From sequence record NZ_CP119397.1: a stretch of 64,000 nucleotides of DNA, one strand, 5' to 3'. Position 1 is the first letter of the stretch; each line of letters starts with the position of its first letter. This DNA comes from a plasmid. The translations under genes and the position numbers were made by a program. Under the pieces are notes generated by a model. It was given only the letters and a program-made list of their open reading frames with translations, did no database searches and had not been told where the DNA came from. Of the stretch, positions 41,392 through 51,368 are shown one piece after another.

Positions 41392-42318
41392 TTAACACCC
41401 GGCGGCGATGAAATCCCCGTTGGCGCTGACCGGGATCACCGAGGTAAACAGCACCAGCGCAAACAGCATCAGCAGCGCGCCGCCGCACATCATCACGCCA
41501 CGGGCCACCGGCGGCAGGTAACGCCCTGCCAGCCCGCCCGGCGCGGCAATAATCCGCTCCCGCGCGTGGTGCACCAGCGTCGCCAGCAGTGTGACGGCCA
41601 GGGCCGTGCCGAGCGCCATCGCCATCACCGCGATCATGCCCCAGGTAAACATGCCGAGGGCATTGGCAAACACCAGGATCAGAATCGCGCCGCTGCAAGG
41701 CCGGATGCCGATGGCCGCGATCACCCACAGGGCGTTTTTCCCGCCGGTATCCGGCGGGTGAGAATGCCCGCAACCGCAGCCCGCGTCATGCTGCGCACTG
41801 CCGCGCCCATTCACCCCGGCGGCGCGCAGCATCACCACCAGCCCGAACGCGGCGATCAGCAATGCGCTGATTTTCTCCACCCAGTAGCGGCTGCGGCTGA
41901 GATCGCCCATCGAGAAATTAAACAGCACCGCCAGCACCAGCACGAACAGGATCGCGGTCACCCCCTGCGTCAGGCTGCCGAGCAGGGTGATGATCCGGCT
42001 GGTGTTCAGTTGCTGCCGGTGGCTGGCCAGATAGGTGGTGATAACAAATTTACCGTGGCCCGGCCCCACCGCGTGCAGCACCCCGTAGAGAAAACTGCAC
42101 AGCGTCAGCATCAGCCCGCCGCTGGCCTGGTGGTTATGCTGTTGCAGCAGATAGAGCACCAGAGAGCGGTGCAGGTAAATCTGCGCATTGAGGCAGGCCT
42201 GGATAAAGTCCGGCCAGTAGCGGCTGAGCAGCGCCGACGAGGCAGCCAGCAGGAGTGCGCCGGTCGCGAGCATGGCGAGGGCGGCAGGGTTGGCATTTTT
42301 CAGTGACAGACTCTTCAT
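41392..42318 (-). CDS. NicO/HoxN-like nickel/cobalt transporter family permease (copy 2)
   Basis: HAVGPGHGK motif and a His-rich loop (CGCGHSHPP). Start ATG overlaps the upstream permease stop (TGATG). Confidence 0.65.
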   Translation of the reverse strand: MKSLSLKNANPAALAMLATGALLLAASSALLSRYWPDFIQACLNAQIYLHRSLVLYLLQQHNHQASGGLMLTLCSFLYGVLHAVGPGHGKFVITTYLASHRQQLNTSRIITLLGSLTQGVTAILFVLVLAVLFNFSMGDLSRSRYWVEKISALLIAAFGLVVMLRAAGVNGRGSAQHDAGCGCGHSHPPDTGGKNALWVIAAIGIRPCSGAILILVFANALGMFTWGMIAVMAMALGTALAVTLLATLVHHARERIIAAPGGLAGRYLPPVARGVMMCGGALLMLFALVLFTSVIPVSANGDFIAAGC

Positions 42319-44108
42319 CAGGCAGCCCCAATAGTGGTTGACCTGTTGACTATAGTTGCCCGTGCCCGTCTGCGCCGCCCCGCCAGCCCGGCGGTGGTCA
42401 CCGCCAGTACTGAAAACAGCACCAGCGCGCCACCGGGCGCAAGCACTGCCCAGCCTGCACGCTCGAGGTACGGCATCCCTTCGGCCAGCACCCGCCCCCA
42501 CTCCGGCGCGGGCGGCGGTGCGCCCAGCCCCAGGAAACCGAGCGCCGCCAGCGCCAGCACAATCCCCGGCAGCCGTAACATCGCATGGCGCAGCAACGGC
42601 CCGCTCAGCGCCGGGAGCAGATAACGCAGCGTCCGCCGCCACGGGCCGACCCCCAGCACCGGCAGAATGCGGATATGCGGCTGGGCGTTGATCTCGCTGA
42701 CCAGCGCGGCGGTGTGCGCCGCCAGCGGTGCCCAACTGGTGGCCATCACCGCCAGCGCCGCGCCCCCGGCGGTCGGGCCGTTCACCGCCGCCACCACCAG
42801 CCCGGCAATCACCGGCGGCATGGCGTTGGCGGCCTCCACCGGGCCGCTGCTCAGGCGCGGAAACAGCCCGGCCAGCAGCCCGATCGCCAGGCTGGCAAAC
42901 GTCACCGCCAGCGCCAGCGCACAGGTATGCAGCGCGCCATGCGCCACCCGCGCCAGCAGATCGCGCCCGGTGGCATCCGCCCCGAACGGCAGATCCCAGC
43001 CGGGCGGCTGCAAGCGCATAAACATCGGCGTGACAGGGTCACGCGGCAGGCCGGCGATAACCGTAATGAGCAGCAGCAGCGCACACGCAGCCGGGACGAT
43101 CCACGCCCCCGGCGGCAGGCGGGGCGCCGGCATGGCAGCCGGTAACGCCCCGGCGTGCAGTGCCGGGCCAAGCAGTGCGCGCCGTCCCAGATTGGCCGCT
43201 GCACCGACGCCACACGCCAGCAGCAACAGCAGCAGCAGGCCGGTCTGCAACGCCGGGAGATCCTGCGCCGCCACCGCGCCCAGTGTGGCGCGCCCCAGCC
43301 CCGGAATGGCGAACACTTTTTCCACCGCCATTGCCCCGCCGGTCAGCCCGATGATCACCAGCCCGACCTGTGACAGCAGCCCCGGCAGCGTGCGCCGGAA
43401 CACTGCCGCGGCAATCTGGCGGCGCGGCACACCGGCCATCTGCCAGGTCAACAGCCATTTCTCATGGAAGGTGGCGGCGAACGCATCAGAAAAGAGCCGC
43501 CCCAGCAGCCCCCCGGCCGGGATCCCCAGCGCCAGCGCCGGTAACACCGCATGGTGCAGGCTGCGCCAGCCAAAGGGCGGGAACGCCTGAAGCCAGACCG
43601 CCCCCACCAGCAACAACAGGGAGGCCAGCAAAAACTCCGGCAAGGCGGTCAGCGCGGCGGGCACGCTGCCGCCGGGGCGCTGCGCCCGGCCTTTCAGCCC
43701 GGCCAGAAACGGGCGCAGGCAGATAAGCCCGGCCACCAGCACGGCCACCAGCAGCGCAAACGCCATCAGCGTCAGGGAGACACCGGCTGCCTGCAACATC
43801 CCCGGCCCGACCGGCTGGCCGGACACCCAGGAGGTGCCGGCATCGCCGTGCAGCAGGCCGCGCAGCCACTGTTGCAGCAGTGCCGGCGGCCCTTGTTCCA
43901 GCCCGAGCGCCTCGCGGATGGCGTTGAGTGTCTCCGGTGTCGCCTCCTGATCGCCGGATCGCGCCCGCAGCAGCGCCAGCGCCGGATCGCGGCCGGAGAG
44001 CCACGGCAACATCCCCACCAGGGCCACCACCGCGCCCAGCGTGACGAGGCGTGACAGCAGCGGCAACAGCCTGTCTGCCCCCAGGCAGAATCGATGAAAA
44101 ACGCGCAC
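42318..44108 (-). CDS. ABC transporter permease, fused tandem DppB/DppC-like (NikB-NikC-type) domains
   Basis: 596 aa with two BPD_transp_1-like permease modules. Confidence 0.7.
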   Translation of the reverse strand: MRVFHRFCLGADRLLPLLSRLVTLGAVVALVGMLPWLSGRDPALALLRARSGDQEATPETLNAIREALGLEQGPPALLQQWLRGLLHGDAGTSWVSGQPVGPGMLQAAGVSLTLMAFALLVAVLVAGLICLRPFLAGLKGRAQRPGGSVPAALTALPEFLLASLLLLVGAVWLQAFPPFGWRSLHHAVLPALALGIPAGGLLGRLFSDAFAATFHEKWLLTWQMAGVPRRQIAAAVFRRTLPGLLSQVGLVIIGLTGGAMAVEKVFAIPGLGRATLGAVAAQDLPALQTGLLLLLLLACGVGAAANLGRRALLGPALHAGALPAAMPAPRLPPGAWIVPAACALLLLITVIAGLPRDPVTPMFMRLQPPGWDLPFGADATGRDLLARVAHGALHTCALALAVTFASLAIGLLAGLFPRLSSGPVEAANAMPPVIAGLVVAAVNGPTAGGAALAVMATSWAPLAAHTAALVSEINAQPHIRILPVLGVGPWRRTLRYLLPALSGPLLRHAMLRLPGIVLALAALGFLGLGAPPPAPEWGRVLAEGMPYLERAGWAVLAPGGALVLFSVLAVTTAGLAGRRRRARATIVNRSTTIGAA

Positions 44109-44111
44109 GGC

Positions 44112-45617
44112 TTAGTCCGTTAACACTGTGGTGTCAGAGGTGACCAGCATCCGTTCACGCGGATCGCGCGCCGCCTCGCGTACGCCCGCCGCTTCGCCCT
44201 GGATAACCCGTTCATGCAGCAGCGGCAGGGCCGCATCAGAGGCCAGAATCAGCTGCTCGGCCGCCATGATCGCCTGCCGCCGTTCAGCCCCGGCCGGGAT
44301 GGCCGCCGCCTGCTCCAGCGCCTGATCGATGCGCGCATCACAGAGTTGCGACAGGTTAAACGACCCTTTACAGGCGAAATCGCTGTAGAGATAGGCCACA
44401 GGGTCGCCTGAGTCCAGCACCGTGGCGCGGGAGAGGATAAAGGCATCGAACTTGCCTGCCAGCGCGTCTGCTTCGATATGCGCGTACTCCCGCACCACCT
44501 GTTTCACCGTGAACCCGGCGGCGCTGAGTTGCTGGGCGAGATAGGTCGCGACTTCCGGCAGTTCGGCGCGGTCACTGAAGGTCGCCAGGGTGATGGTCGC
44601 GCCGTTGGGTGACGCCGGTGCAGTGGGTGCGGCCACCGGTTGACGCAACGCGGCCGCCCACGGCAGCGCCGGGCCAAGCAGCCCGTCGGCACGGTCAGCG
44701 CGGCGTTCATAGACGTTGTCGATCAGTTGCTGCCGGTTAAGTGCCTGACGTGCCGCCGCCCGCAATGCCGGGTCACGGAACGGGCCGGTGCGGGTGTTGA
44801 GGTACAGGGTATTGGTGCGCGGCATCGGCACTTCATGCACCCGTTGCGGGTCGAGCAGCGCCACCTGTGACACCGGCACCGCCTCGACGATGTCCGCGGT
44901 GTGGGTACGTAAGGCGGCGGCGCGCGCGGTGCCGTCCGGCACAAAGGCCACATCAATGCCCGCCGCGCGCGCTTTGGTGCCCCAGTAATGCGCAAAACGG
45001 TCGAGCCGGGCGCTGCTGGTGCCGTTGACCTGCGTCAGCACAAACGGCCCGGTGCCGGCTTTCACCGGGTTGACCACGCCGTTTTTGCCATAGGCGGAAG
45101 GCGCGAGGATGGCGAGTTGCGGGCTGGAGAGCCGCTGCGGGATCAGCGGGTCAGGCCGGGCGGTGGTGACGATCACGTTGTGATCACCGTCCGCCACCGC
45201 ATCCAGAGCTACGCCGTCGAGGATGCGCGGTTTCGGCGCGGCATGGGCGGCGGTGGTCAGCGCATTCACCACACTTTCGGCGGTCAGTGGGCTGCCGTCG
45301 TGGAACTGCACGCCTTCACGCAAGGTAAAACGCCAGCGCCGGGCATCAAGCTGTTGCCAGTGGGTCGCCAGCGCCGGTTGCGCCTCGCCTAATGGGTCCA
45401 GCGTCACCAGGGTTTCCGCCGTGCGCCAGCGGGAGAGCTTAAAGGCGTCGTCACTCAGCGGCGTCAGCCCGGAACGCGGCGGCTGAAGCATCGCCAGCCG
45501 GATCCGCGGCCCGTCGTCCTCCTGCGTTTCCGGCGGCGGTTCATTGAAACAGCCTGACAGCAACAGCATGCCGGCCAGCAGACCGGCCTTCGGCAGGGAA
45601 AAAAACGGGTTATTCAC
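44112..45617 (-). CDS. ABC transporter substrate-binding lipoprotein, SBP family 5 (NikA/DppA-like)
   Basis: GTG start with an AAGGA RBS. Lipobox LLLSGC. About 500 aa, typical of family-5 SBPs. Confidence 0.7.
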   Translation of the reverse strand: MNNPFFSLPKAGLLAGMLLLSGCFNEPPPETQEDDGPRIRLAMLQPPRSGLTPLSDDAFKLSRWRTAETLVTLDPLGEAQPALATHWQQLDARRWRFTLREGVQFHDGSPLTAESVVNALTTAAHAAPKPRILDGVALDAVADGDHNVIVTTARPDPLIPQRLSSPQLAILAPSAYGKNGVVNPVKAGTGPFVLTQVNGTSSARLDRFAHYWGTKARAAGIDVAFVPDGTARAAALRTHTADIVEAVPVSQVALLDPQRVHEVPMPRTNTLYLNTRTGPFRDPALRAAARQALNRQQLIDNVYERRADRADGLLGPALPWAAALRQPVAAPTAPASPNGATITLATFSDRAELPEVATYLAQQLSAAGFTVKQVVREYAHIEADALAGKFDAFILSRATVLDSGDPVAYLYSDFACKGSFNLSQLCDARIDQALEQAAAIPAGAERRQAIMAAEQLILASDAALPLLHERVIQGEAAGVREAARDPRERMLVTSDTTVLTD

Positions 45618-45637
45618 GGGATTGTCCTTTTTAACGC

Positions 45638-46414
45638 TCAGGAGGCGAGGCGCGGGGCCGTCAGCCGGGGAACCGCAGCCAGCAGGGCGCGGGTACAAGG
45701 GTGGGCCGGGCCGGCCAGTAACTGGGCGGTGGGGCGATCTTCCACGATCTGCCCCTGCTCCAGCACCACCATCCGCGGGCACAGGGCGGCCACGCAGGCC
45801 ATATCATGGGAGACCATCAGCATCCCCATGCCGGTTTCCGCCGCCAGGTGGGCGAACAGCGCGGTAATCTGCTCACGCAGCGGCAAATCCAGGCTGCTGA
45901 GCGGCTCATCCGCCAGCAAAAAGTCGGGCCGTAGGATGATGGCGCGGGCGATCGCCACCCGCTGCGCCTGCCCGCCCGAGAGCTGCCCGGCGCACTGGTG
46001 CGCGATGCTGCCCGCCAGCCCGACCTGATCCAGCACCTCGGCGATGCGTCGTGCCGGGTCACGTTCATGGCCCAACCGGCGCAACGGCTCAAGCAACAGA
46101 TCGCTGACGCGCATCTGTGGGTGCAGGCTGGTGGCCGGGTCCTGCGGGATGTATTGCACGCGGCGTCGGTAGTCGCGCAGCGAGCGCACCGACCCCGGCC
46201 GCACCGGCTGTTGTAAGCAGCAGATGGTGCCTTGCGTGGCCGGGGCCAGCGCCAGCAGCAGGTTCAGCAGTGTGGATTTGCCGCTGCCGGAGCGCCCCAC
46301 CAGCCCGATGCGCTCGCCCGCCTGCATATGCAGCGTGATGTCATGCAGCAGCGGCTGGGCGGTGTACGGCGGGCGGTAGCTTACGCCGTCCATTGTCAGG
46401 AAAGGCATCGTCAT
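45638..46414 (-). CDS. ABC transporter ATP-binding protein
   Basis: Walker A (GRSGSGKST), ABC signature (LSGGQAQRV) and Walker B (LLADEP). Confidence 0.85.
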   Translation of the reverse strand: MTMPFLTMDGVSYRPPYTAQPLLHDITLHMQAGERIGLVGRSGSGKSTLLNLLLALAPATQGTICCLQQPVRPGSVRSLRDYRRRVQYIPQDPATSLHPQMRVSDLLLEPLRRLGHERDPARRIAEVLDQVGLAGSIAHQCAGQLSGGQAQRVAIARAIILRPDFLLADEPLSSLDLPLREQITALFAHLAAETGMGMLMVSHDMACVAALCPRMVVLEQGQIVEDRPTAQLLAGPAHPCTRALLAAVPRLTAPRLAS

Positions 46415-47229
46415 AGCGCCCTCACCGCAGGCATCGCCGGGTGCAGCGGGGCAATCGCCTCCCCCGCGCGGCGGGCGGCGCTCACCAGCTCACGGGTATA
46501 GGGGTGTTGCGGGGCGTAAGTCAGCTGGTCAAAGGTGCCCTGCTCCACGATCCGCCCTTGCGCCATCACCAGCGCGCGTTGGCATAAATGGGCCGCGAGC
46601 GCGATATCATGGGTGATAAACAGCAGTGCAGGCGGTTCCGGTTGGGCGGTCAGGCGGGTCAGCGCGGCCACCACATGCTGCTGGGTGGTGAGATCCAGCG
46701 CGGTGGTCGGCTCATCGGCCACCACCAGCCGGTGGCGGCAGGCCAGCGCCAGCGCAATGCAGACCCGCTGGCGCTGGCCGCCGGAGAGTTGCATCGGGTA
46801 ACGGGACAGGATGGCCGCCGGGTCGTCAAAATCCACCTCGCGCAGCAGCGACGCAGCCCGCGCGGCGGCGTCGCCCGGCTGGGTCGCCAGCACCTTCATC
46901 AGTTGCTTCCCGACCGTCACCAGCGGGTTGAGCGCAGAGGCGGAGTCCTGAAAAATCGCGGCCACCCGCTGCCCTGCTGCGCGCCTGGCCGGGTGCAGCC
47001 CTGCTACCTCATGGCCGTCAAGGCGTACACTGCCGCGCCAGGTGGCCTCTGGCGGCAGCACGCCGAGCAGCGCCCCGGCCGTCAGGGATTTTCCGCAACC
47101 GGACGCGCCAATCAGCGCCACCCGCTCACCGGCCCGCAGGCTAAACGAGAGCGGCGACAGTTTTTCCTCACCGGCAATCGCCAGTGAAAACGCTGAAACA
47201 ACCAATAACTCTGCGGTTCCGTTCGCCAA
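46411..47229 (-). CDS. ABC transporter ATP-binding protein
   Basis: Walker A (GASGCGKS), signature (LSGGQRQRV) and Walker B (VVADEP). Confidence 0.85.
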   Translation of the reverse strand: MANGTAELLVVSAFSLAIAGEEKLSPLSFSLRAGERVALIGASGCGKSLTAGALLGVLPPEATWRGSVRLDGHEVAGLHPARRAAGQRVAAIFQDSASALNPLVTVGKQLMKVLATQPGDAAARAASLLREVDFDDPAAILSRYPMQLSGGQRQRVCIALALACRHRLVVADEPTTALDLTTQQHVVAALTRLTAQPEPPALLFITHDIALAAHLCQRALVMAQGRIVEQGTFDQLTYAPQHPYTRELVSAARRAGEAIAPLHPAMPAVRAL

Positions 47230-47335
47230 AACGTCTGCCCTTTATCCAAATTCTGCTTCTTGATATGTAATAACATAACAATTTGTCCACAGAGCTTGCA
47301 ACCACGGCATACCGGAAAAGGCAAAATTCAGGCAT

Positions 47336-47359
47336 AAAAAAAGGGAGGCGATGCCTCCC
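47336..47359 (-). terminator. Rho-independent terminator after NicO-like gene copy 1
   Basis: gggaggc-gat-gcctccc followed by U7 on the minus strand, directly after the 47368 stop. Confidence 0.75.
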
Positions 47360-47367
47360 TGTGGGGG

Positions 47368-48378
47368 TTAGCGCAGCAAGGGATTGCCGCTGCCGGTCAG
47401 CCCCGGCTGGGCGCTGAACCAGAGGAACAGCCCGGTCGCCAGCAGCAACAGCCCCCCGGCGAGGGTCAGGGAAGCGCGGCCGATACGTCGCCAGGCGGGC
47501 ACCGGGCCGCTGCGCAGGTTGCGCATCAACAGCCGCTGGAGGCTGTGCACGCCCAATGCCAGCAGCGAAATGGTCAGCGAGGTGCCGAACGCCATCACAA
47601 ACGCCGCCACCACGCCCCAGAGGTAAGCGCCGATCACCTTGGCGAACAGCAGCATCATGATGGCGCCCGAGCAAGGGCGCAGCCCCATCGATAGCACCAG
47701 CGCGACGCGGGTGCGCCAATCCCCCGCCGCTGCCAGTGCCTCATCGGTCGGCATATGGCGGTGGCCACAGCCGCAGTGTTCGCTGTGCACATGCGGCTCC
47801 CCCTTCAGCGGCCGCAATGCCCGGAACGGCTGCCGCAGGCTGTGCCAGTGCTGGCGCAGCGCCCTGAATGCGCGGCCCATCAACAGCACGCCCAGCCCCA
47901 TTACCAGCAGGTAACTGCCGCGCTCCAGCCAGAAACTGCTCTGGTGCAACTGGCGGGAGGAGAGATCAAACACGCCGAGCAGCAGCGTCACCAGCGCCAC
48001 TGCCACGCTGCCCTGTAACAGCGACGCGGCAAAGGTCAGGCACAGGCTACTTTTCAACCGGGAGGGGTGGGTCGCCAGATAGGTGGTGATCACCAGTTTG
48101 CCGTGCCCCGGCCCGGCTGCGTGGAGGATGCCGTACAACAGGCTGAACAGCACCAGAACCAGCCCGGCGCGTTGCGGCTCGGCCCTGACCTGCTGCATCA
48201 GCGCGGCGATCTGCCCGTTCAGGCTGCGCTGCCACTGGGTGCCCTGCCACAGCAGCGAGGGCCAGTGCTGCATCAGCCACAACCCGCCCAACAGCAGCAC
48301 GGCTGCCAGCAACAGCAGCGGCCAGAGCTGGAGCCAACGGCGGCGGCGTAAAGTCTGTGTCTGGGAAATCACTGGCAT
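47368..48378 (-). CDS. NicO/HoxN-like nickel/cobalt transporter family permease (copy 1)
   Basis: HAAGPGHGK motif and a His-rich loop (HSEHCGCGHRHMP). 336 aa. Confidence 0.65.
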   Translation of the reverse strand: MPVISQTQTLRRRRWLQLWPLLLLAAVLLLGGLWLMQHWPSLLWQGTQWQRSLNGQIAALMQQVRAEPQRAGLVLVLFSLLYGILHAAGPGHGKLVITTYLATHPSRLKSSLCLTFAASLLQGSVAVALVTLLLGVFDLSSRQLHQSSFWLERGSYLLVMGLGVLLMGRAFRALRQHWHSLRQPFRALRPLKGEPHVHSEHCGCGHRHMPTDEALAAAGDWRTRVALVLSMGLRPCSGAIMMLLFAKVIGAYLWGVVAAFVMAFGTSLTISLLALGVHSLQRLLMRNLRSGPVPAWRRIGRASLTLAGGLLLLATGLFLWFSAQPGLTGSGNPLLR

Positions 48379-48995
48379 GTCAGGGTCACCTTCTGGGCAA
48401 ACTGGCGGCCGAGATCCATGTCTTCCGGCGGCGCATCGGCTTTATCCAGCGACAGGGCATAGTTCTGGAGCGAGGCGTCAGGCGTTGGGGTGTCCAGCGT
48501 AATGGTGCAGGCGTCCATCTCCGGCGGGAGGTGCAGGCTGGCGGCGTTTTCATAATGCATATCAACGAAATAGGTCGGGTCAAAGGTGGAGAAGGTATAC
48601 GTCTGGCCTTTGAGCGGCTGCGGCGTGGCCAGCGGCAGCATATACTCCAGCACTGCCTTATGCCCTTCACGCAGCAGGCGGTAAGAGGGCGGCAGGTTAT
48701 GGAATTTGACCCGCTGGCCGTCATGGTAGAACTCGGTGAAATAGTGCTGGCCCAACACGTTGGCCATCACCTCAGCGGCGAGCTTTTTCCATACTTCCGA
48801 GTCGGGCGGCGCGTCCCCGGCGTCATACAGCAGATCGGCAGAAGTGATTTCATCCATCGTCCAGCGCATCTGCAGGCCGGTCAGCTGCGCATCCTGCTGG
48901 AGGAGCGTCGCCTGCATGGTGATAAAGCTGTGCGGGTGCGCCCACGCCAGCGGCGCGCAAACCGACAACAGCAGGGGCAGATAAGAGAGTCGCAT
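48369..48995 (-). CDS. DUF1007-family periplasmic protein (partner of NicO-like permease)
   Basis: Signal peptide MRLSYLPLLLSVCAPLAWAHPHSF. Overlaps the permease gene. This two-gene arrangement is widespread. Confidence 0.6.
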   Translation of the reverse strand: MRLSYLPLLLSVCAPLAWAHPHSFITMQATLLQQDAQLTGLQMRWTMDEITSADLLYDAGDAPPDSEVWKKLAAEVMANVLGQHYFTEFYHDGQRVKFHNLPPSYRLLREGHKAVLEYMLPLATPQPLKGQTYTFSTFDPTYFVDMHYENAASLHLPPEMDACTITLDTPTPDASLQNYALSLDKADAPPEDMDLGRQFAQKVTLTCQ

Positions 48996-49163
48996 AGTGC
49001 TACGGCGTCCTGGTTGTTAACCACAAGCGCGGACAATATCGGCTCCGGGCGGTGGTGGCAAGCGTGGGGAAAGCAGGCCCGCCGCCGCGGCGCCCTGTGC
49101 CATGTGGCACATCACCCGAATTTCTCGTTGCGCGTATGATACCCCGCAATTTATCCACATAGA

Positions 49164-49676
49164 TTGCAAGGGATTCTTATGCCGCAACACTACACCAATG
49201 CTCTGACCCCGGCCTTAGTGGCGTCGATAAATGAACCTGTGTTTACCGCTGCTCAGCTTGCGGAGATGAACGACGACGCCCGAGTGCTGATAGCCACCCA
49301 GGAAGCATTCCATCGCGCGCATCCGGTAACGGCCATTTACCGCCTCGCCGTGGCAGGCAGCCTGACCCGCCGCGGCGGCGTGGCCGATGAGTTTAACCCT
49401 GACCCAGAACAGGGCTATAAAATCCGGCTCAGTGACGGCCAATGGGTGAGTGTGCTGACAGAAGGCTGCACCGTCACCTACCCGGACGGCAGCACCGCGC
49501 GGATTATCAGCAGTGCCGGCAGCCTGCACATGTTTAAAGACCGGGGCGTGGCGCTGGTCGGCAGCCGCCTCGATAACGGCGATGAGATTATCAGCACGCC
49601 CCAGGGCAGCTGCTACCTCATCGCGCAGCAGGGCGTGCCGATGCCGGAGGATTTCCTGCTCGTCATCAGGGCGTAA
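49164..49676 (+). CDS. Hypothetical protein, candidate accessory/chaperone for the downstream PAAR toxin
   Basis: 170-aa ORF whose stop lies 3 nt before the toxin ATG. No confident family. Confidence 0.45.
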   Translation: MQGILMPQHYTNALTPALVASINEPVFTAAQLAEMNDDARVLIATQEAFHRAHPVTAIYRLAVAGSLTRRGGVADEFNPDPEQGYKIRLSDGQWVSVLTEGCTVTYPDGSTARIISSAGSLHMFKDRGVALVGSRLDNGDEIISTPQGSCYLIAQQGVPMPEDFLLVIRA

Positions 49677-49679
49677 CCT

Positions 49680-51368
49680 ATGGGATACCGGCCCAATATT
49701 CTCGGGCGCGGCAAGGCGCTCTCCTGTGACAAAACCACCACCGGCGCACGGCTGCTCTCCTCGCTTCCGCTCACCCAGTACAACGTTTATGGCCACGCGG
49801 TTATCCGGCGCGGCGATGTCACCACCGACTGCCCTAAGTGCGGCCAGCGCGGCCGTGTGGTCGAGGGCGACACGCGCTTTACCATTCATGGCATCCCCGT
49901 CGCCGTTGACGGCGGGCAGGTAAGCTGCGGCTGCCCGCCCGGCACCAACCGCATCATCGCCCCGCTCGGGCAGTGGCTGGGGCGCGGCCCCTCGCCGCAA
50001 GAGGTGGCGCAGGAGAAGCACACCGCGATGCTGGCCGCCCAACAGGCGGAGCGGGAAGCCCAGGCGTTACAGCAGGCAGCAGCGCGCGAGCGCAACCGGG
50101 TGTTTGCCAAATCCTGTTTGCGCGGTGAGGGCTGTAACGATGCCGGGGACACCCCGGAGCCGCACACCCACTTTGCCGAGATGGGGATTTTCCAGGCGCT
50201 GCCGGAGGCGGACGTACCGCAGCACGCGCAGGCCGCAAAAAGAAAACCGCCCGCGCCGGAGGATATTCCAAAACCCAAAAAGCGCAGTGCGCTCTACCGC
50301 TGGCTGAACGGCAACCATGAGGAGAGGGACTATCAGGCGGCGGTTGCCGCCGCCAGCGCCGCCGCACGGGCACACACCGCCACCGCCGGGGCGGCGGTAC
50401 TTGAGCAGGTCGCGGGGCGCTTCACGCCCTACGGCACCTGGGCAGTACGCGCAGGCACGGTGGCCGCCGGGGGCTTTGGCGCGCCCGTCGCCGGGCTGCT
50501 GGTGGGGATGATGCCGGGGCGGCTCAATGACGGTGAGCAGGACTTTATCGACCGGATGCGCGCCGAACAGATGCGCACCGCCCCGAGCCGGGTGCGTTTC
50601 ACCTGGGAAAGCGATGCACAGGGCAACCCGGTGCCGCGCGGCTGGCACACGCCGCCGGGCCGGGACAGCGTGCGGGTGCGCAGCATGGACTGGGACAGCC
50701 AGCGGCAGGCGTATACCTTCACCACCGAGGAAGAACAGCCCGTCACGATTATCTGGACGCCGGACCGTTCCGGGGTGCATGTTCCCACGAACACCGGCAA
50801 CCCGAATCCTCCGAAGCTGCCAAACCCGGTGATGGTGAACCCGCTGCCCGACAGCACCGGTCTCCGGGCCACCACCAGCCCGTCCCCGGACGAGAAAAGT
50901 TTCGCGGATTACATCCTGATTCTGCCGGTGGCGGACATTCCGCCAATTTATATTTATCTGAGCAAGCCGCCGGTGGAATTTCTGGAGGTAAAACCGTACC
51001 GTGATTTTAACGGACGCTCCAGGCAGGGGCATTATCATGTGGATCACATGCCATCACGTCAGGCCGTAATTTTGTACTTACGGCGTAAGCATCCTGATTT
51101 ACGTGACAAGCAAATCAAAGAGATGGCCGATCAAGTGGCGGCAATTGCCATCCCTGAAAAAGTACACCGTCAGGAAAGCGCAACCTATGGTGGAAGAAAC
51201 CGCTCTCAAATGGAATTTGACTCTTATAACCTTCGGGCCGCTATCAATAAGGATTTTGACCAAATCAAACCGATATTGCTGGAAGAATATGGTGCGACAG
51301 AGGCAGAACTGGACGCCTGCAGAGAAGAAATGCACAGAATTAATACTGAACTGGGAATATACAAATGA
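49680..51368 (+). CDS. PAAR-domain polymorphic toxin (T6SS-type effector) with C-terminal predicted HNH/EndoVII-like nuclease domain
   Basis: N-terminal PAAR-like fold (RRGDVTTDCPKCG...IHGIPVAVDGGQVSCGCPPGTNRIIAP, compare the canonical GD..TCP...IGG.PAAR.GD.C.C). Gln/Ala-rich linker. The C-terminal about 170 aa drop to low GC and contain GHYHVDHMPS. The stop overlaps the first immunity-gene start (ATGA). Confidence 0.65.
   Translation: MGYRPNILGRGKALSCDKTTTGARLLSSLPLTQYNVYGHAVIRRGDVTTDCPKCGQRGRVVEGDTRFTIHGIPVAVDGGQVSCGCPPGTNRIIAPLGQWLGRGPSPQEVAQEKHTAMLAAQQAEREAQALQQAAARERNRVFAKSCLRGEGCNDAGDTPEPHTHFAEMGIFQALPEADVPQHAQAAKRKPPAPEDIPKPKKRSALYRWLNGNHEERDYQAAVAAASAAARAHTATAGAAVLEQVAGRFTPYGTWAVRAGTVAAGGFGAPVAGLLVGMMPGRLNDGEQDFIDRMRAEQMRTAPSRVRFTWESDAQGNPVPRGWHTPPGRDSVRVRSMDWDSQRQAYTFTTEEEQPVTIIWTPDRSGVHVPTNTGNPNPPKLPNPVMVNPLPDSTGLRATTSPSPDEKSFADYILILPVADIPPIYIYLSKPPVEFLEVKPYRDFNGRSRQGHYHVDHMPSRQAVILYLRRKHPDLRDKQIKEMADQVAAIAIPEKVHRQESATYGGRNRSQMEFDSYNLRAAINKDFDQIKPILLEEYGATEAELDACREEMHRINTELGIYK

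Noticed and set aside
47230-47335. Near-palindrome ATGTTATTACAT as a Zur/Fur/NikR box
   Set aside because: It gives only a 10/12 palindrome match and does not fit the NikR (GTATGA-N16-TCATAC) consensus, nor clearly the Zur consensus. It is mentioned in a finding but not called as a feature.
41031-51047. Dozens of 60-330-aa ORFs on both strands through the 70%-GC transporter / toxin N-terminal block (e.g. 40805..41773 -, 41566..42306 +, 42667..43590 +, 50067..51047 -)
   Set aside because: These are typical GC-rich shadow ORFs with Arg/Ala/Pro/Gly-biased translations. They overlap genes that carry clear Walker, permease, SBP or PAAR motifs.
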